A DNA stretch of 64,000 nucleotides from Armatimonadetes bacterium UBA1398. Its GTDB lineage: Bacteria > Armatimonadota > Zipacnadia > UBA1398. The stretch's first letter is position 1; each line of letters opens with the position of its first letter. The notes under the pieces were generated by a model. The model made no database searches, had not been told where the DNA came from, and was given only the letters and a program-made list of their open reading frames with translations. Shown here in pieces: positions 46,423 to 56,350 of the stretch. The stretch spans positions 42,101-106,100 of the forward strand of contig DBQI01000057.1 in NCBI GenBank assembly GCA_002305165.1, in the 5' to 3' direction. The position numbers and the translations under genes are program-made.

Positions 46423-49092
46423 CTAACGGACCGAGTGCGGAACCGCTGGTTGGACTTCCTCGTTCTCGCCCTCCTCGGCTCCTTCGACTTCCGCTTCCGC
46501 CCCTTCGGCCTCTGCGCCCTCGTCCTCGGTCTTCTTGTCCTTGTCAGGGTCGGGCCGCATCTCCTCGAGGCCCGGCACCACGGGCGCACCGGCGGAAGTG
46601 CCCAGAGTGCGCAGCAGGAAGTCCTCATAGACCTGGTACCGCTGCAGCCGCTGCACATGGCCGCCCAGGCCATGGCCGCCGGCGGGGTCCAGGAAGAGGT
46701 CGACGAGTGGTCCTTTACCGGCATCGAGAAGCGCGGCGTAGACCTTCACCGTGTCTTGATAGAGGACGTTGTCATCCTTCATGCCGTGGATCAGGAGCAG
46801 GCGGCCCTGAAGCTCCTTCGCCCGAGGCGCCAGGGAGAACTCGGCGAGATCGGCCTGGCCGACGCGGGTATCGCCCACGACGCCCTGGGCGTACCACGCG
46901 TTGTAGTTCTCCCATTCGGTGGGTCCGGCGCCCGCGATGCCGACGGCGAAGGTCTCGGGAGCCGTGTACATGCACATCTGGGTCTGGAAACCACCGAAGC
47001 TCCAGCCGTGGATGCCCACACGCTTTTCGTCGATGCCGCCGTACTCCGACCGGAGGAACTTCACCCCGTCCACCAGGTCCTCGGTCTGGGGCACGCCCAC
47101 CTGCTCGAAACTGGCCTTCTCGAAGACCGCCCCGTAGCCGGACTGCCCGCGCGGGTCGATGGCGCAAGTGACGTAGCCGTAGTGCTTCGCCATGTAGTAG
47201 TGGAAGTAGTAGGTGTCTGACCCGTAGACCCCATCGACGACGGTCTTGCTACCACTTCCCAGGGGCCCTCCGTAGACGTACACGAGCAGGGGACGCTTGT
47301 CTTCGGGCTTGAGATCCTCGGGCAGCCACAGTATGCCGTGGATGTCGTGCCCGTGTCGGTTCTTGTAGGAGAAGAACTGCGGGATGGGCTCGGTCAGAGC
47401 GTGGGCTTTGGGCGGGTGGGAGTCGGTCAGGGCGACCTGGGTGCCCACCTCGCCATCGATATGCACGAGTTCCCGGAGCACGCCATAGTGCTCGTAGATG
47501 GCCAGCACGTGCCGGCCGTCGGGGCTCACCCGAGCCTGGGAGTAGTAGCCTGGTTCCGTCGTGAGACGCGTCATCTCCGCCGACTCGAGATCGATGGCGT
47601 AGACATCCCGATAGGCGGGTCCCTCACGGGTGCCCTCGAGGAAGAGCTTGGTGTGCTCTTCGTTTAGCTCGATCGGGTAGGCCTCCCAGGGCCCCTGGGT
47701 CAGCGGCGTGAACGCCTCGTAGAGTGGATCGAGGATGTAGAGGTGTCGGAAACCGGACTGCTCGGTCATGAGCACGATGCGCTTGCTGTCCGCGAGGTAC
47801 CACGGCCGGATATCATAGGGGGCGTTGGGGCCACCGTTGTGTAGGAAGCGGGTAAGCTGCTTGGCCTCGATCTCCGGGTCCTCGTCCTTCGGCAGATCGT
47901 TGCTCGCGGCCTTGCTCTCCTCCTCGTCCGACGGCTCTTCGGTCTTGCCATGGTCGTAGCCATCCGGGAAGGCGGCCTCGTAGATCCATACGTTGTCCGT
48001 TGACTGCTCGTAGACCGACCAGACGACGCGAGTTGAGTCTGGGGACCAATCGGGCATCGTGTGGGAATCCCGAGGTCCCGTGACCTCGTGGGAGTAGACC
48101 TTGATCGGCTTGTGCGCCTCTGCGTTGAGATCGGAGATGTCCCATAGGTATACGGACCAAGTGGTCTTGCCACTCGGGTCATCGGATACCTGACGCCCCA
48201 CCTCGTACGATCGGGCGAATCGCTCGCTGAAGTCCACGATGGTAACGGTGCGCCCACTCTGTCTGCCTTCGGTCCGACTGGTCACGAAGGTCAGCTTGCG
48301 ACCATCGGGACTCAGCCGGTACGAGTCCATCCGCTCTCCTCCCTCGAGCGAAGGCCGTAGTTCGGTGATGAGGTGGCTTCCGAACTCGACGTGCATCACC
48401 GAGTCGCCGCGCTGGTAGAGGAAGCCGTCACCCTCGGGCAGGTAATGAGCCGACTGCTCCGTGTCGCCAGTCTTGGTCAGGCGCGATACCGCCCCGCTCT
48501 CAACCTCGTACCGGTACAGGTCGCCCTGCGACGAGAAGATGAACTCATTGGCCTTGGGCGACCACTCGTAGTAGGTGATCCCCGAGTACCGAGGGGCTTT
48601 CTCGTCGTCCGCGTCCTTCTCGCCCACCCAGTCGCCACTCTTCTTCAGCGCCTTGATGAGTTCGCGGTTCTCCTCCGTCTCGCCCTCGTCACCGGCGCGC
48701 CGAGCCTTCTTGATGCGATCCTCGCGGACCTCACGGGTGCTCCGCTGGAAGGGCGCCAACACCGAGACGGAGGTGATCCGTTTCGTCTCGCCCGAGGCCA
48801 CGTCCAGCAGCCAGAGGTCACTGCCGTGTCGCCGCTCGTCATACGGCCGGTACCGGTAGGCGGCGTAGGAGCCGTCAAAGGAGAAGTCCATCTCCGTGGC
48901 TGAGGGGCCGAAGAAGCCCTTATCGCCAAGGATCTCCTCGAGCGTCCAGTGGTACTCCACGGCTTCCTCGGACTCCGCGCCGCTCTCCTCGCTTGCCTGG
49001 GTGTCCTCCTCCTGAGGCTGGGCCGCTAGTGGCCACGGAAGGGCCAGCAGCGCCAGCCAGAGCAGGGGGACTCTACACCAACGGGCTCTCAC
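46423..49092 (-). CDS. Secreted S9 family peptidase (dipeptidyl peptidase IV-like)
   Basis: Signal peptide, beta-propeller region, VYGGP; catalytic triad motifs GWSFGG, HGMKDDNV and GH. Confidence 0.92.
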   Translation of the reverse strand: MRARWCRVPLLWLALLALPWPLAAQPQEEDTQASEESGAESEEAVEYHWTLEEILGDKGFFGPSATEMDFSFDGSYAAYRYRPYDERRHGSDLWLLDVASGETKRITSVSVLAPFQRSTREVREDRIKKARRAGDEGETEENRELIKALKKSGDWVGEKDADDEKAPRYSGITYYEWSPKANEFIFSSQGDLYRYEVESGAVSRLTKTGDTEQSAHYLPEGDGFLYQRGDSVMHVEFGSHLITELRPSLEGGERMDSYRLSPDGRKLTFVTSRTEGRQSGRTVTIVDFSERFARSYEVGRQVSDDPSGKTTWSVYLWDISDLNAEAHKPIKVYSHEVTGPRDSHTMPDWSPDSTRVVWSVYEQSTDNVWIYEAAFPDGYDHGKTEEPSDEEESKAASNDLPKDEDPEIEAKQLTRFLHNGGPNAPYDIRPWYLADSKRIVLMTEQSGFRHLYILDPLYEAFTPLTQGPWEAYPIELNEEHTKLFLEGTREGPAYRDVYAIDLESAEMTRLTTEPGYYSQARVSPDGRHVLAIYEHYGVLRELVHIDGEVGTQVALTDSHPPKAHALTEPIPQFFSYKNRHGHDIHGILWLPEDLKPEDKRPLLVYVYGGPLGSGSKTVVDGVYGSDTYYFHYYMAKHYGYVTCAIDPRGQSGYGAVFEKASFEQVGVPQTEDLVDGVKFLRSEYGGIDEKRVGIHGWSFGGFQTQMCMYTAPETFAVGIAGAGPTEWENYNAWYAQGVVGDTRVGQADLAEFSLAPRAKELQGRLLLIHGMKDDNVLYQDTVKVYAALLDAGKGPLVDLFLDPAGGHGLGGHVQRLQRYQVYEDFLLRTLGTSAGAPVVPGLEEMRPDPDKDKKTEDEGAEAEGAEAEVEGAEEGENEEVQPAVPHSVR

Positions 49093-49253
49093 GTAGGCTC
49101 AACTCCTTCGAGACGTGTCGTCACGTTGCCGTCCCCGAATACTCCCTGAAGGGGTGCGAAGCCTGCCTGGTTCGTGGATTCGAGGGGCCGTTCCCTGGGA
49201 GGCTGCCGGCGGCGCCACGCGAAGTTCCAGCCCGGAACGGAGAGTGAGGCCAC

Positions 49254-51992
49254 ATGACCTTCGCAGTCGTGGCTCTGGCAGGGGCTTGCCTTGCCATCGG
49301 CGCATCCGAGGACCCGCTACGGCCCACCGGGCTGCAATGCAACGGCCTCACCGATCCTCTAGGGGTTGATGACCCCGCTCCTCGCCTAAGCTGGACCCTG
49401 GAGTCAGGGCGTCGAGGCGACCGCCAGACGGCGTACCGCATCGTGGCCGCCTCGACTGTGCGGGGTCTGGCCGCTGCGGATGGGTTGCTGTGGGATACGG
49501 GGCGGGTCGAGTCGGCGGAATCGCTGCACATCCCCTACGGGGGAAGGCGACTGGAGCCTGGTCAGCGCGTACACTGGCGCGTGCAGGTGTGGGATGCTGC
49601 GGAAGTGGCGTCCGAGTGGAGCCCCGCCGCGTCCTTCGAGATGGGCCGCATGGTGGACTGGCAGGCCACGTGGATAGAGGCCCCCTGGCCCGAGCCGGCC
49701 TCGGACGAGGACTTCTACGCAGACCAGCCGGCGCCCCACTTCCGCAGCGAGTTCACTATCGCGAAGCCGGTCCGTCGGGCCCGCGCTTACGTGAGCGGCC
49801 TCGGCTACTACGAGCTGCGCCTCAACGGAGCGCCGGCGGGTGACCACGTGCTCGACCCTGGGTGGACCGAATACGCCCATCGTGTCTTCTACGCAACACT
49901 GGACATCACCGACATGGTGCGGCCAGGCCGGAACTGCGTCGGCGCCATCGTCGGGAACGGCTTCTGGAACCCGCTTCCTCTGCGGATGTGGGGCGGGATC
50001 AACCTTCGGCAACACCTGACCGTGGGCCCTCCGCGGCTGATCTGCCAGTTGGAGATCGAGTACGCCGACGGCTCGTCGGAGCGGGTGGTCTCCGATGACT
50101 CCTGGCGCGTGGCCCGAGGGCCCATCCGACGGAATAGCGTCTACCTGGGCGAGGCCTACGATGCCCGGCTGGAGATGCCCGGCTGGGATCTCCCCGGCTA
50201 CGACGACGGCGCCTGGGATGGAGCCGTGCGGTGCGCCCAGGCTCTCGGCGCTCTTCAGGCCCAGCCTCTATCGCCGATTCGGGTCACTGACGTGTTTGAG
50301 CCCATCGGCGTGACGGAGCCGGTCGAGGGCGTTCGAATCTACGACTTCGGCCAGAACATGGCCGGACGCGCGTCCCTCACCATCGAGGCCCCCGCAGGCG
50401 CCCAGGTCCGCTTGCGGTACGGCGAGCTTCTGCATCCTGATGGTTCGCTGAACCCGCTGACCAGCGTCTGCGGGCAGATCAAGTCGCCTGGGATGGGCGG
50501 TCCTGGCGCCCCCGATCTGGCGGTGCAGGAGGACTCCTACGTTGCTCGGGGCGAGGGGGTCGAGACGTGGACGCCCCGCTTCACATTCCACGGCTTTCGG
50601 TACGTGGAAGTGACAGGCGCGCCAGCTTCGGTGTCGCTGCGGGCCCAGCGGTTGCATAGCGATCTCCAGCCGGTGGGCCGGTTCGAGTGTAGCGACCCGC
50701 TCCTGAACGGCATTGAGGGCTTGTGCCGCCAAGCACTCCTCAGCAACCTGCACTCAGTCCAGAGCGACTGCCCGCACCGAGAGAAGTTCGGGTACGGTGG
50801 GGACATCGTGGCTTCGAGCGAGTACGCCATGATGCTGCTCGATATGCAGGCCTTCTACGGCAAGTGCGTTCGGGACTTCGGGGACGCGCAGCGCGCGAAC
50901 GGCGGATTCACGGAGACAGCGCCCTACGTGGGCATCGCGGACGGAGGCTTCGGGGAAGGCTCGGGCCCCATCGGCTGGGGAACAGCCCACCCGCTGCTGA
51001 TCTGGCAGCTCAGGCAGTACTATGGAGAGACGGCGTTGATGGCCGAGCAGTACGAGCGGGCGGCGCGCTGGCTCGCGATGCTCGTGGAGCAGTCGGACGG
51101 GCTCATCATCAGCCACGGCATCGGTGACCATGAGAGCCTCGTCCCCAAGCCTACAGCGCTCACCAGCACGGCCTTTCTAGCCCTCAACGCCGACCTCGTG
51201 GCCCGGATGGCGGGGCTCCTCGGGCGCACGGAGGACGAAGCGCGGTACAGCGAGCTGGCAAAGCGAGCGCAAGAAGCCCTGAACGACCGCTTCCTAGACT
51301 CCACCACAGGGCGGTACGACGCCGGCACCCAGACCTGCCAGTCCATGGTCTTGAGCCTCGGCCTTGTGCCGCCGTCGTCCCGCGGCGACGTCCTCGACCG
51401 GCTCGTCGAGGACCTCATGGCGGAGGGTGAGCCGCGCCTTACAACTGGTATCTTCGGAACGAAGTACCTCCTGGAGTCCCTCACCGCGAACGGGCGCGCG
51501 GACCTGGCGTACCGTCTGGCGAAGCGCCGCGAGTTCCCGAGTTGGGGGTACATGCTGGATAACGGCGCGACGACGCTCTGGGAGGGCTGGTCCTACAACG
51601 ATAATGTCTTCAGCCACAATCACCCCATGTTCGGCTCCATCGCGCAGTGGCTCTACCAGGGGCTGGCGGGGATACGACCTCACGACACCGCGGTGGGTTT
51701 CGACCACGTGGTCATCGCCCCGTTCATTCCCGACGATCTGCAGTGGCTGCGTGCCGAGTACCGCTCCGTCCGCGGCCCTATCCGATGCGAATGGGAGCGC
51801 GTTGGGGGCCGGCTCTCCCTCCTCGTATCCCTGCCACCCAACGCGACGGGAGTGCTGGTCCTGCCTGGTGACGTGGTGGACCAGATACCGGTCGAGGCCG
51901 GGATCGAGTGGGTCGATCACACGGATGGAGCTACCCGAGTGGCGCTCGGGTCGGGGTCATACGTGTTTGGGATTGGCGATCCCAGGGAATGA
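49254..51992 (+). CDS. Secreted GH78 alpha-L-rhamnosidase
   Basis: DFGQN, FTFHGFRY, SDCPHREK, TTLWE and SHNHPMFG motifs. Confidence 0.93.
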   Translation: MTFAVVALAGACLAIGASEDPLRPTGLQCNGLTDPLGVDDPAPRLSWTLESGRRGDRQTAYRIVAASTVRGLAAADGLLWDTGRVESAESLHIPYGGRRLEPGQRVHWRVQVWDAAEVASEWSPAASFEMGRMVDWQATWIEAPWPEPASDEDFYADQPAPHFRSEFTIAKPVRRARAYVSGLGYYELRLNGAPAGDHVLDPGWTEYAHRVFYATLDITDMVRPGRNCVGAIVGNGFWNPLPLRMWGGINLRQHLTVGPPRLICQLEIEYADGSSERVVSDDSWRVARGPIRRNSVYLGEAYDARLEMPGWDLPGYDDGAWDGAVRCAQALGALQAQPLSPIRVTDVFEPIGVTEPVEGVRIYDFGQNMAGRASLTIEAPAGAQVRLRYGELLHPDGSLNPLTSVCGQIKSPGMGGPGAPDLAVQEDSYVARGEGVETWTPRFTFHGFRYVEVTGAPASVSLRAQRLHSDLQPVGRFECSDPLLNGIEGLCRQALLSNLHSVQSDCPHREKFGYGGDIVASSEYAMMLLDMQAFYGKCVRDFGDAQRANGGFTETAPYVGIADGGFGEGSGPIGWGTAHPLLIWQLRQYYGETALMAEQYERAARWLAMLVEQSDGLIISHGIGDHESLVPKPTALTSTAFLALNADLVARMAGLLGRTEDEARYSELAKRAQEALNDRFLDSTTGRYDAGTQTCQSMVLSLGLVPPSSRGDVLDRLVEDLMAEGEPRLTTGIFGTKYLLESLTANGRADLAYRLAKRREFPSWGYMLDNGATTLWEGWSYNDNVFSHNHPMFGSIAQWLYQGLAGIRPHDTAVGFDHVVIAPFIPDDLQWLRAEYRSVRGPIRCEWERVGGRLSLLVSLPPNATGVLVLPGDVVDQIPVEAGIEWVDHTDGATRVALGSGSYVFGIGDPRE

Positions 51993-52108
51993 CCTGCGGG
52001 GATGCCCTCGGTCCGACTCGCAGGATTGGGTGACGTCACCACGGAATCGGGAGTGGCTGTCGAGAGGTGAGTGCCCGCGCGAGGCACTCGCGATGGCGAG
52101 GTAGGCTC

Positions 52109-53206
52109 ATGTTCGACAGAGATACCTTGGAGTACATCACTGCCGGCACCTATTGGTCTCTGGTGCTGTGCTGGTGTGCCATCCTGATCTTCTACGTCAA
52201 GGAATACAGCTGGCTTCGGAAGACGAACCGGCTCGTCGCCACGCTGATCATCGTCATCTTCATCGACGGCGCCCGGACCCTCGTCGAGAGCGTCTATTTC
52301 GGCATCTGGTACACGGCGAGCGCGGAGCTGTTCCCCTACGCCTGGAAGTCGGTTCTGGAGCAGCCTGAGCATGTGCTCATCCCGAAGCTTCTCAACTTCC
52401 TGGCCGCCTTGGTCATCATCAGCGTCCTCGTTCGGCGGTGGTTCCGGGACGCGGACCAGGAGGCCCAGCGGCAGCAGGAGCTCACCCAGTCGCACGAGGA
52501 GCTGAAACGGCTGGAGAAGCTCCGTGACGACCTCGTGCACATGATCGTCCACGACATGCGTACGCCAATCACGAGCATTATGGGCTCTTTGCAGACAGCC
52601 TTGGCCGAGGATCAGGGCTCGGAAGTGCGCGATGAGATGGTGCAGAACGCCATCGACGACGCTCAGCGGCTCGAGGGTATGATGGCCGATCTTCTGGATG
52701 TAAACCGCCTCGAGACTGGCAAACTCGAACTCAGTATCGGCCCAGCAGTGGTCAGGGAGATCCTCGAGGAGGCGGGCCGAATGGTCGCCTTCGCCGCCGC
52801 TGAGAAAGATGTTCGCCTCATTGTCGAGGACACTACGCCCGGGCTCGCCGTCCGCGCCGACCGGCGCATCCTGCTTCGGATCCTCGGAAACCTTGCGCAG
52901 AACGCCATCCGTCACACGCCCGACGGCGGCACGGTGACTCTCAGCGCGACTGGCCGCCAGGACGCAGTGGAGTTCCGAGTAGCGGACACCGGCGAGGGGA
53001 TCCCGGAGCGAATCCTGCCCCGGGTATTCGACAAGTTCTTCCACGCCTCGGCCAGTGAGGCGAAGCAACTCCGATCCATCGGCCTCGGACTCGCCTTCTG
53101 CCGGCTCGCGACGGAGGCTCACGGCGGGACGATCCGCGTCGAGAGCACCGAGGGCGAGGGCAGCGTGTTTTCCTTCACGATACCCCACCGGCCCGCCGAG
53201 CACTGA
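52109..53206 (+). CDS. Membrane-bound sensor histidine kinase
   Basis: About 3 TM helices; H box VHDMRTP, N box NLAQNAIRH, G1 DTGEGI and G2 GLGL. Confidence 0.93.
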   Translation: MFDRDTLEYITAGTYWSLVLCWCAILIFYVKEYSWLRKTNRLVATLIIVIFIDGARTLVESVYFGIWYTASAELFPYAWKSVLEQPEHVLIPKLLNFLAALVIISVLVRRWFRDADQEAQRQQELTQSHEELKRLEKLRDDLVHMIVHDMRTPITSIMGSLQTALAEDQGSEVRDEMVQNAIDDAQRLEGMMADLLDVNRLETGKLELSIGPAVVREILEEAGRMVAFAAAEKDVRLIVEDTTPGLAVRADRRILLRILGNLAQNAIRHTPDGGTVTLSATGRQDAVEFRVADTGEGIPERILPRVFDKFFHASASEAKQLRSIGLGLAFCRLATEAHGGTIRVESTEGEGSVFSFTIPHRPAEH

Positions 53207-53329
53207 CCTCCACTCCGTCACGCTTGGCATCGCGTCCAGCCGCGGCGTCGCCTCGGCGTGGTCACCCATAGGAGGGCGCTGACCGTGCACGGGGAAGCAC
53301 GGAGGCACCCGAGAGCGTGGGAGGCAGAC

Positions 53330-56218
53330 GTGGCAGCGCTGATCATACTCCTGGCTACTGTGCCCCTGGCCCAAGCCGATGTGCCATCGCACTCGCCCAT
53401 CACGGCATCCTCGACCATGGACGAGCGGTACCTGGCTGAGTTCGCCCTCGACGGCGACGTCTCCACCCGCTGGGCGAGCGCGTCGGCAGGGGCCGACCCG
53501 GAGTGGCTGATGCTGGACCTGGGCAGCCAGCGGCTCCTGGGTGCGCTGGCGCTCCGCTGGGAGGCGGCTTATGCGGCTCACTATGCCGTGGAGATCTCGG
53601 ATGAGGGCCAGGAGTGGACCCGGGTCTACGAGCAGGCCGCTGGTGTCGGCGGAGTCGAGACCCTCCCCTCTGTGGCGCAGACGTGCCGATTCGTGCGAAT
53701 CCTGTGCCTCGGCGTCGGGCCTTTCGGGCTCTACTCCCTCTGGGAGGTGGAGGGCGCGGACGAAGAGGGCCGCGAGGCGATCCGGGCGGCGCGGGCGGTG
53801 CTGGAGGAGCGGCAGGAGGCGGCGCGCGCGGTGCTCCGTGACCGGATCGCTAGCGCCTTCGGTGAGGATGGCGTCGAGGAGATCGTCTTCGCTACACGGA
53901 TCCCCGCCTCGGCGGCGGATGGTCATTGGTACGCGAACTTTGGGTACTACGCGGGGAGCGTCGACCACCTCACCTACCTGCCTGGCTGGGGGCGGCTATG
54001 CGCGCTGAACCTCTCGACAGGCGAAGTCCGTGTTCTCCTGGAGGACGAGCAAGGATGCGTTCGAGACCCACAGGTTGACTCCACGGGCGGACGTGTCATC
54101 TTCTCGTACCTGCCTGCCGGCGATCGCCACTACCATCTCTACGAGATCAGAGCCGACGGAACCGGGCTGCGCCAGCTCACCGATGGCCCGTGGGATGACA
54201 TCGAGCCCACTTTCCTCCCCGATGGCGACATCATGTTCGTGTCCTCGCGGGCGAAGCGATGGGTCAACTGTTGGTTGACGCAGGTGGGGACGCTCCATCG
54301 CTGCAGGCCCGATGGCAGTGGCATACAGCTCCTCTCCAGCAACCTAGAGCACGACAACACCCCGTGGCTGCTGCACGATGGCCGGATCCTCTACACGCGC
54401 TGGGAGTACGTTGACCGCAGCCAGGTCGACTACCACGGCCTCTGGACCATGAATCCCGATGGCACGGGCCAGATGACCTTCTTCGGCAACATGCACCCAG
54501 GCACAGTCATGATCGACGCGAAGCCGGTCCCGGGCACCAACGAGGTCATCTCCATCTTCTCTCCTGGCCATGGCCTCATGGAGCATGCGGGCGCGCTGAC
54601 GCTGTTGGACCCGGGCGACGGCCCGGACAATCGGGCGCGGGCGCGGGCCGTCGCTCCCGGCGCGAACGTCCGCGACCCGTTCGCGCTCAACCCCGACCTG
54701 TTCGTGGCCGCGGTGGATCACGAGATCCGGATCTACGAGCGGGGCGGCACGTGGGTGCCTCTCTATGCGCTACCGCCCGAGGATGTGGCCCGCGGCCTAT
54801 GGATCCATGAGCCCAGGCTCCTGCGGGCCGCGCAGGCCCCGCCCCAGATCGCGCCTCGGGTGAACCTGAGCAGAGCCGACGCAACTCTGATCCTGACCGA
54901 CGTCTACCACGGCCGCAGGCTGGATGGCGTCGAACGCGGCGAGATCACCGATCTACTCGTTATCGAGCCCCTTCCCAAGCCGATCAACTACACGGGTGGG
55001 ATGGATCCACTGACCTACGGGGGCACTTTCACCCTGGAGCGGCTGGTAGGAACCGTCCCCGTGGAGCCGGACGGTTCGGCGCACTTCCGACTCCCGGCCC
55101 TGCGTAGCTTCTTCTTCGTCGCCCTCGACGCGGATGGTCAGGCCGTCAAGCGCATGCAGTCGTTCTGCAGCCTTCAGCCGGGCGAGCAGCAGGGCTGCGT
55201 GGGGTGCCACGAGGAGCGGACTCAGACCCCCAGGGCCGGGGTGGAGCCGATGGCCGCGAGGCAGTCGCCTGAGCTTCCACGGCCGATCGAGGGGATGCCG
55301 CAGGTCTTCGACTTCCCGCGGGACATCCAGCCGATCCTTGATGCTCACTGCCTCAGGTGCCACGACTACGTCCAGCACGAGGAGCAGGGCCCGAGGGCCG
55401 GTGGGGTGATCTTGTCCGGGGACCATGGCCCCATGTTCTCTCACAGCTACTACGAGCTGACCGTTCGCCGTCAGATCGTGGACGGGCGCAACGATCCGAT
55501 CAGCAATCTAGCGCCGCGCACGATCGGCGCCGTGGCAAGTCCGCTCTGGCACAAGATCGAGCAAGGCCACCAAGGGGTTCAGCTATCCGGTCGGGAGAAG
55601 GATACCGTGCGGCTTTGGATCGAGACCGGCGCCGTCTACCCCGGCACCTACGGCGCCCTTGGCAGCGGGATGATCGGCGGCTACTACGCGAACGGGCAGG
55701 TGGGCACTGACTTCGACTGGCCGGAGGCCCACGCCGCGAGCGAGACCGTGGAGAGCCGCTGCGTCCAATGTCACCAGGGAGAGAAGGTCCTGCCCCGTAA
55801 CCTGTCCGATGAGCGTGACGTCTCCTTCTGGCGTCCCGACTGGAGCGACCCGCGGCTGCCCCTCGCTCGTCACGCTGTCTGGAACCTGACGCGGCCGGAG
55901 CTTTCGTTGATGCTGCTGGCGCCCCTTGCCGCCGACGCCGGAGGCTATGGAACGTGCCGGGAAGCCGGCGGCGCTGCTGTGTTCGCTAGCGTGGAGGACC
56001 CTGGGTACGCCGCTTTGCTGGCCCTGGCGCGCGCGGGGAAGGCAAGGCTCGAAGAGATCGGTCGGTTCGATATGCATGGTTTCCGGCCCCCTGAGCCGTA
56101 TCTTCGGGAGATGGCGCGCTACGGCGTGATCGATGCGATCCCTCCCGAGGGGGAGCCGGTTGACCCATACACTCTGGACGAGAGCTACTGGCGCTCCCTG
56201 TGGTGGTCTCCCCAGTAG
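53330..56218 (+). CDS. Secreted discoidin (F5/8) + hydrazine synthase alpha-like domain protein with three CxxCH motifs
   Basis: DGDVSTRWAS...WLMLDLG; YTRWEYVDR; GTVPVEPDGSAHF; CVGCH, CLRCH and CVQCH; GTG start follows GGAGG. Confidence 0.82.
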   Translation: MAALIILLATVPLAQADVPSHSPITASSTMDERYLAEFALDGDVSTRWASASAGADPEWLMLDLGSQRLLGALALRWEAAYAAHYAVEISDEGQEWTRVYEQAAGVGGVETLPSVAQTCRFVRILCLGVGPFGLYSLWEVEGADEEGREAIRAARAVLEERQEAARAVLRDRIASAFGEDGVEEIVFATRIPASAADGHWYANFGYYAGSVDHLTYLPGWGRLCALNLSTGEVRVLLEDEQGCVRDPQVDSTGGRVIFSYLPAGDRHYHLYEIRADGTGLRQLTDGPWDDIEPTFLPDGDIMFVSSRAKRWVNCWLTQVGTLHRCRPDGSGIQLLSSNLEHDNTPWLLHDGRILYTRWEYVDRSQVDYHGLWTMNPDGTGQMTFFGNMHPGTVMIDAKPVPGTNEVISIFSPGHGLMEHAGALTLLDPGDGPDNRARARAVAPGANVRDPFALNPDLFVAAVDHEIRIYERGGTWVPLYALPPEDVARGLWIHEPRLLRAAQAPPQIAPRVNLSRADATLILTDVYHGRRLDGVERGEITDLLVIEPLPKPINYTGGMDPLTYGGTFTLERLVGTVPVEPDGSAHFRLPALRSFFFVALDADGQAVKRMQSFCSLQPGEQQGCVGCHEERTQTPRAGVEPMAARQSPELPRPIEGMPQVFDFPRDIQPILDAHCLRCHDYVQHEEQGPRAGGVILSGDHGPMFSHSYYELTVRRQIVDGRNDPISNLAPRTIGAVASPLWHKIEQGHQGVQLSGREKDTVRLWIETGAVYPGTYGALGSGMIGGYYANGQVGTDFDWPEAHAASETVESRCVQCHQGEKVLPRNLSDERDVSFWRPDWSDPRLPLARHAVWNLTRPELSLMLLAPLAADAGGYGTCREAGGAAVFASVEDPGYAALLALARAGKARLEEIGRFDMHGFRPPEPYLREMARYGVIDAIPPEGEPVDPYTLDESYWRSLWWSPQ

Positions 56219-56350
56219 CGCAACTACCACCCCTTGGAGTGAACCCGCCACTGCACTGGGCTCGACATCCTTACCTTGCTGGGGGAAACTGTCGCCTCGG
56301 CGACACCGTCCCATGGGTGTGCCCCAAGCACGGATCGAGGACGGATAGAC

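Noticed and set aside
51917-53968. 683-aa antisense ORF
   Set aside because: It is the shadow of the histidine kinase and triheme genes, has no recognisable motifs, and such ORFs are expected at high GC.
53330-56218. Evidence for anammox metabolism
   Set aside because: There are no hzsB, hzsC or hao-like genes, and the discoidin fusion differs from true HzsA.
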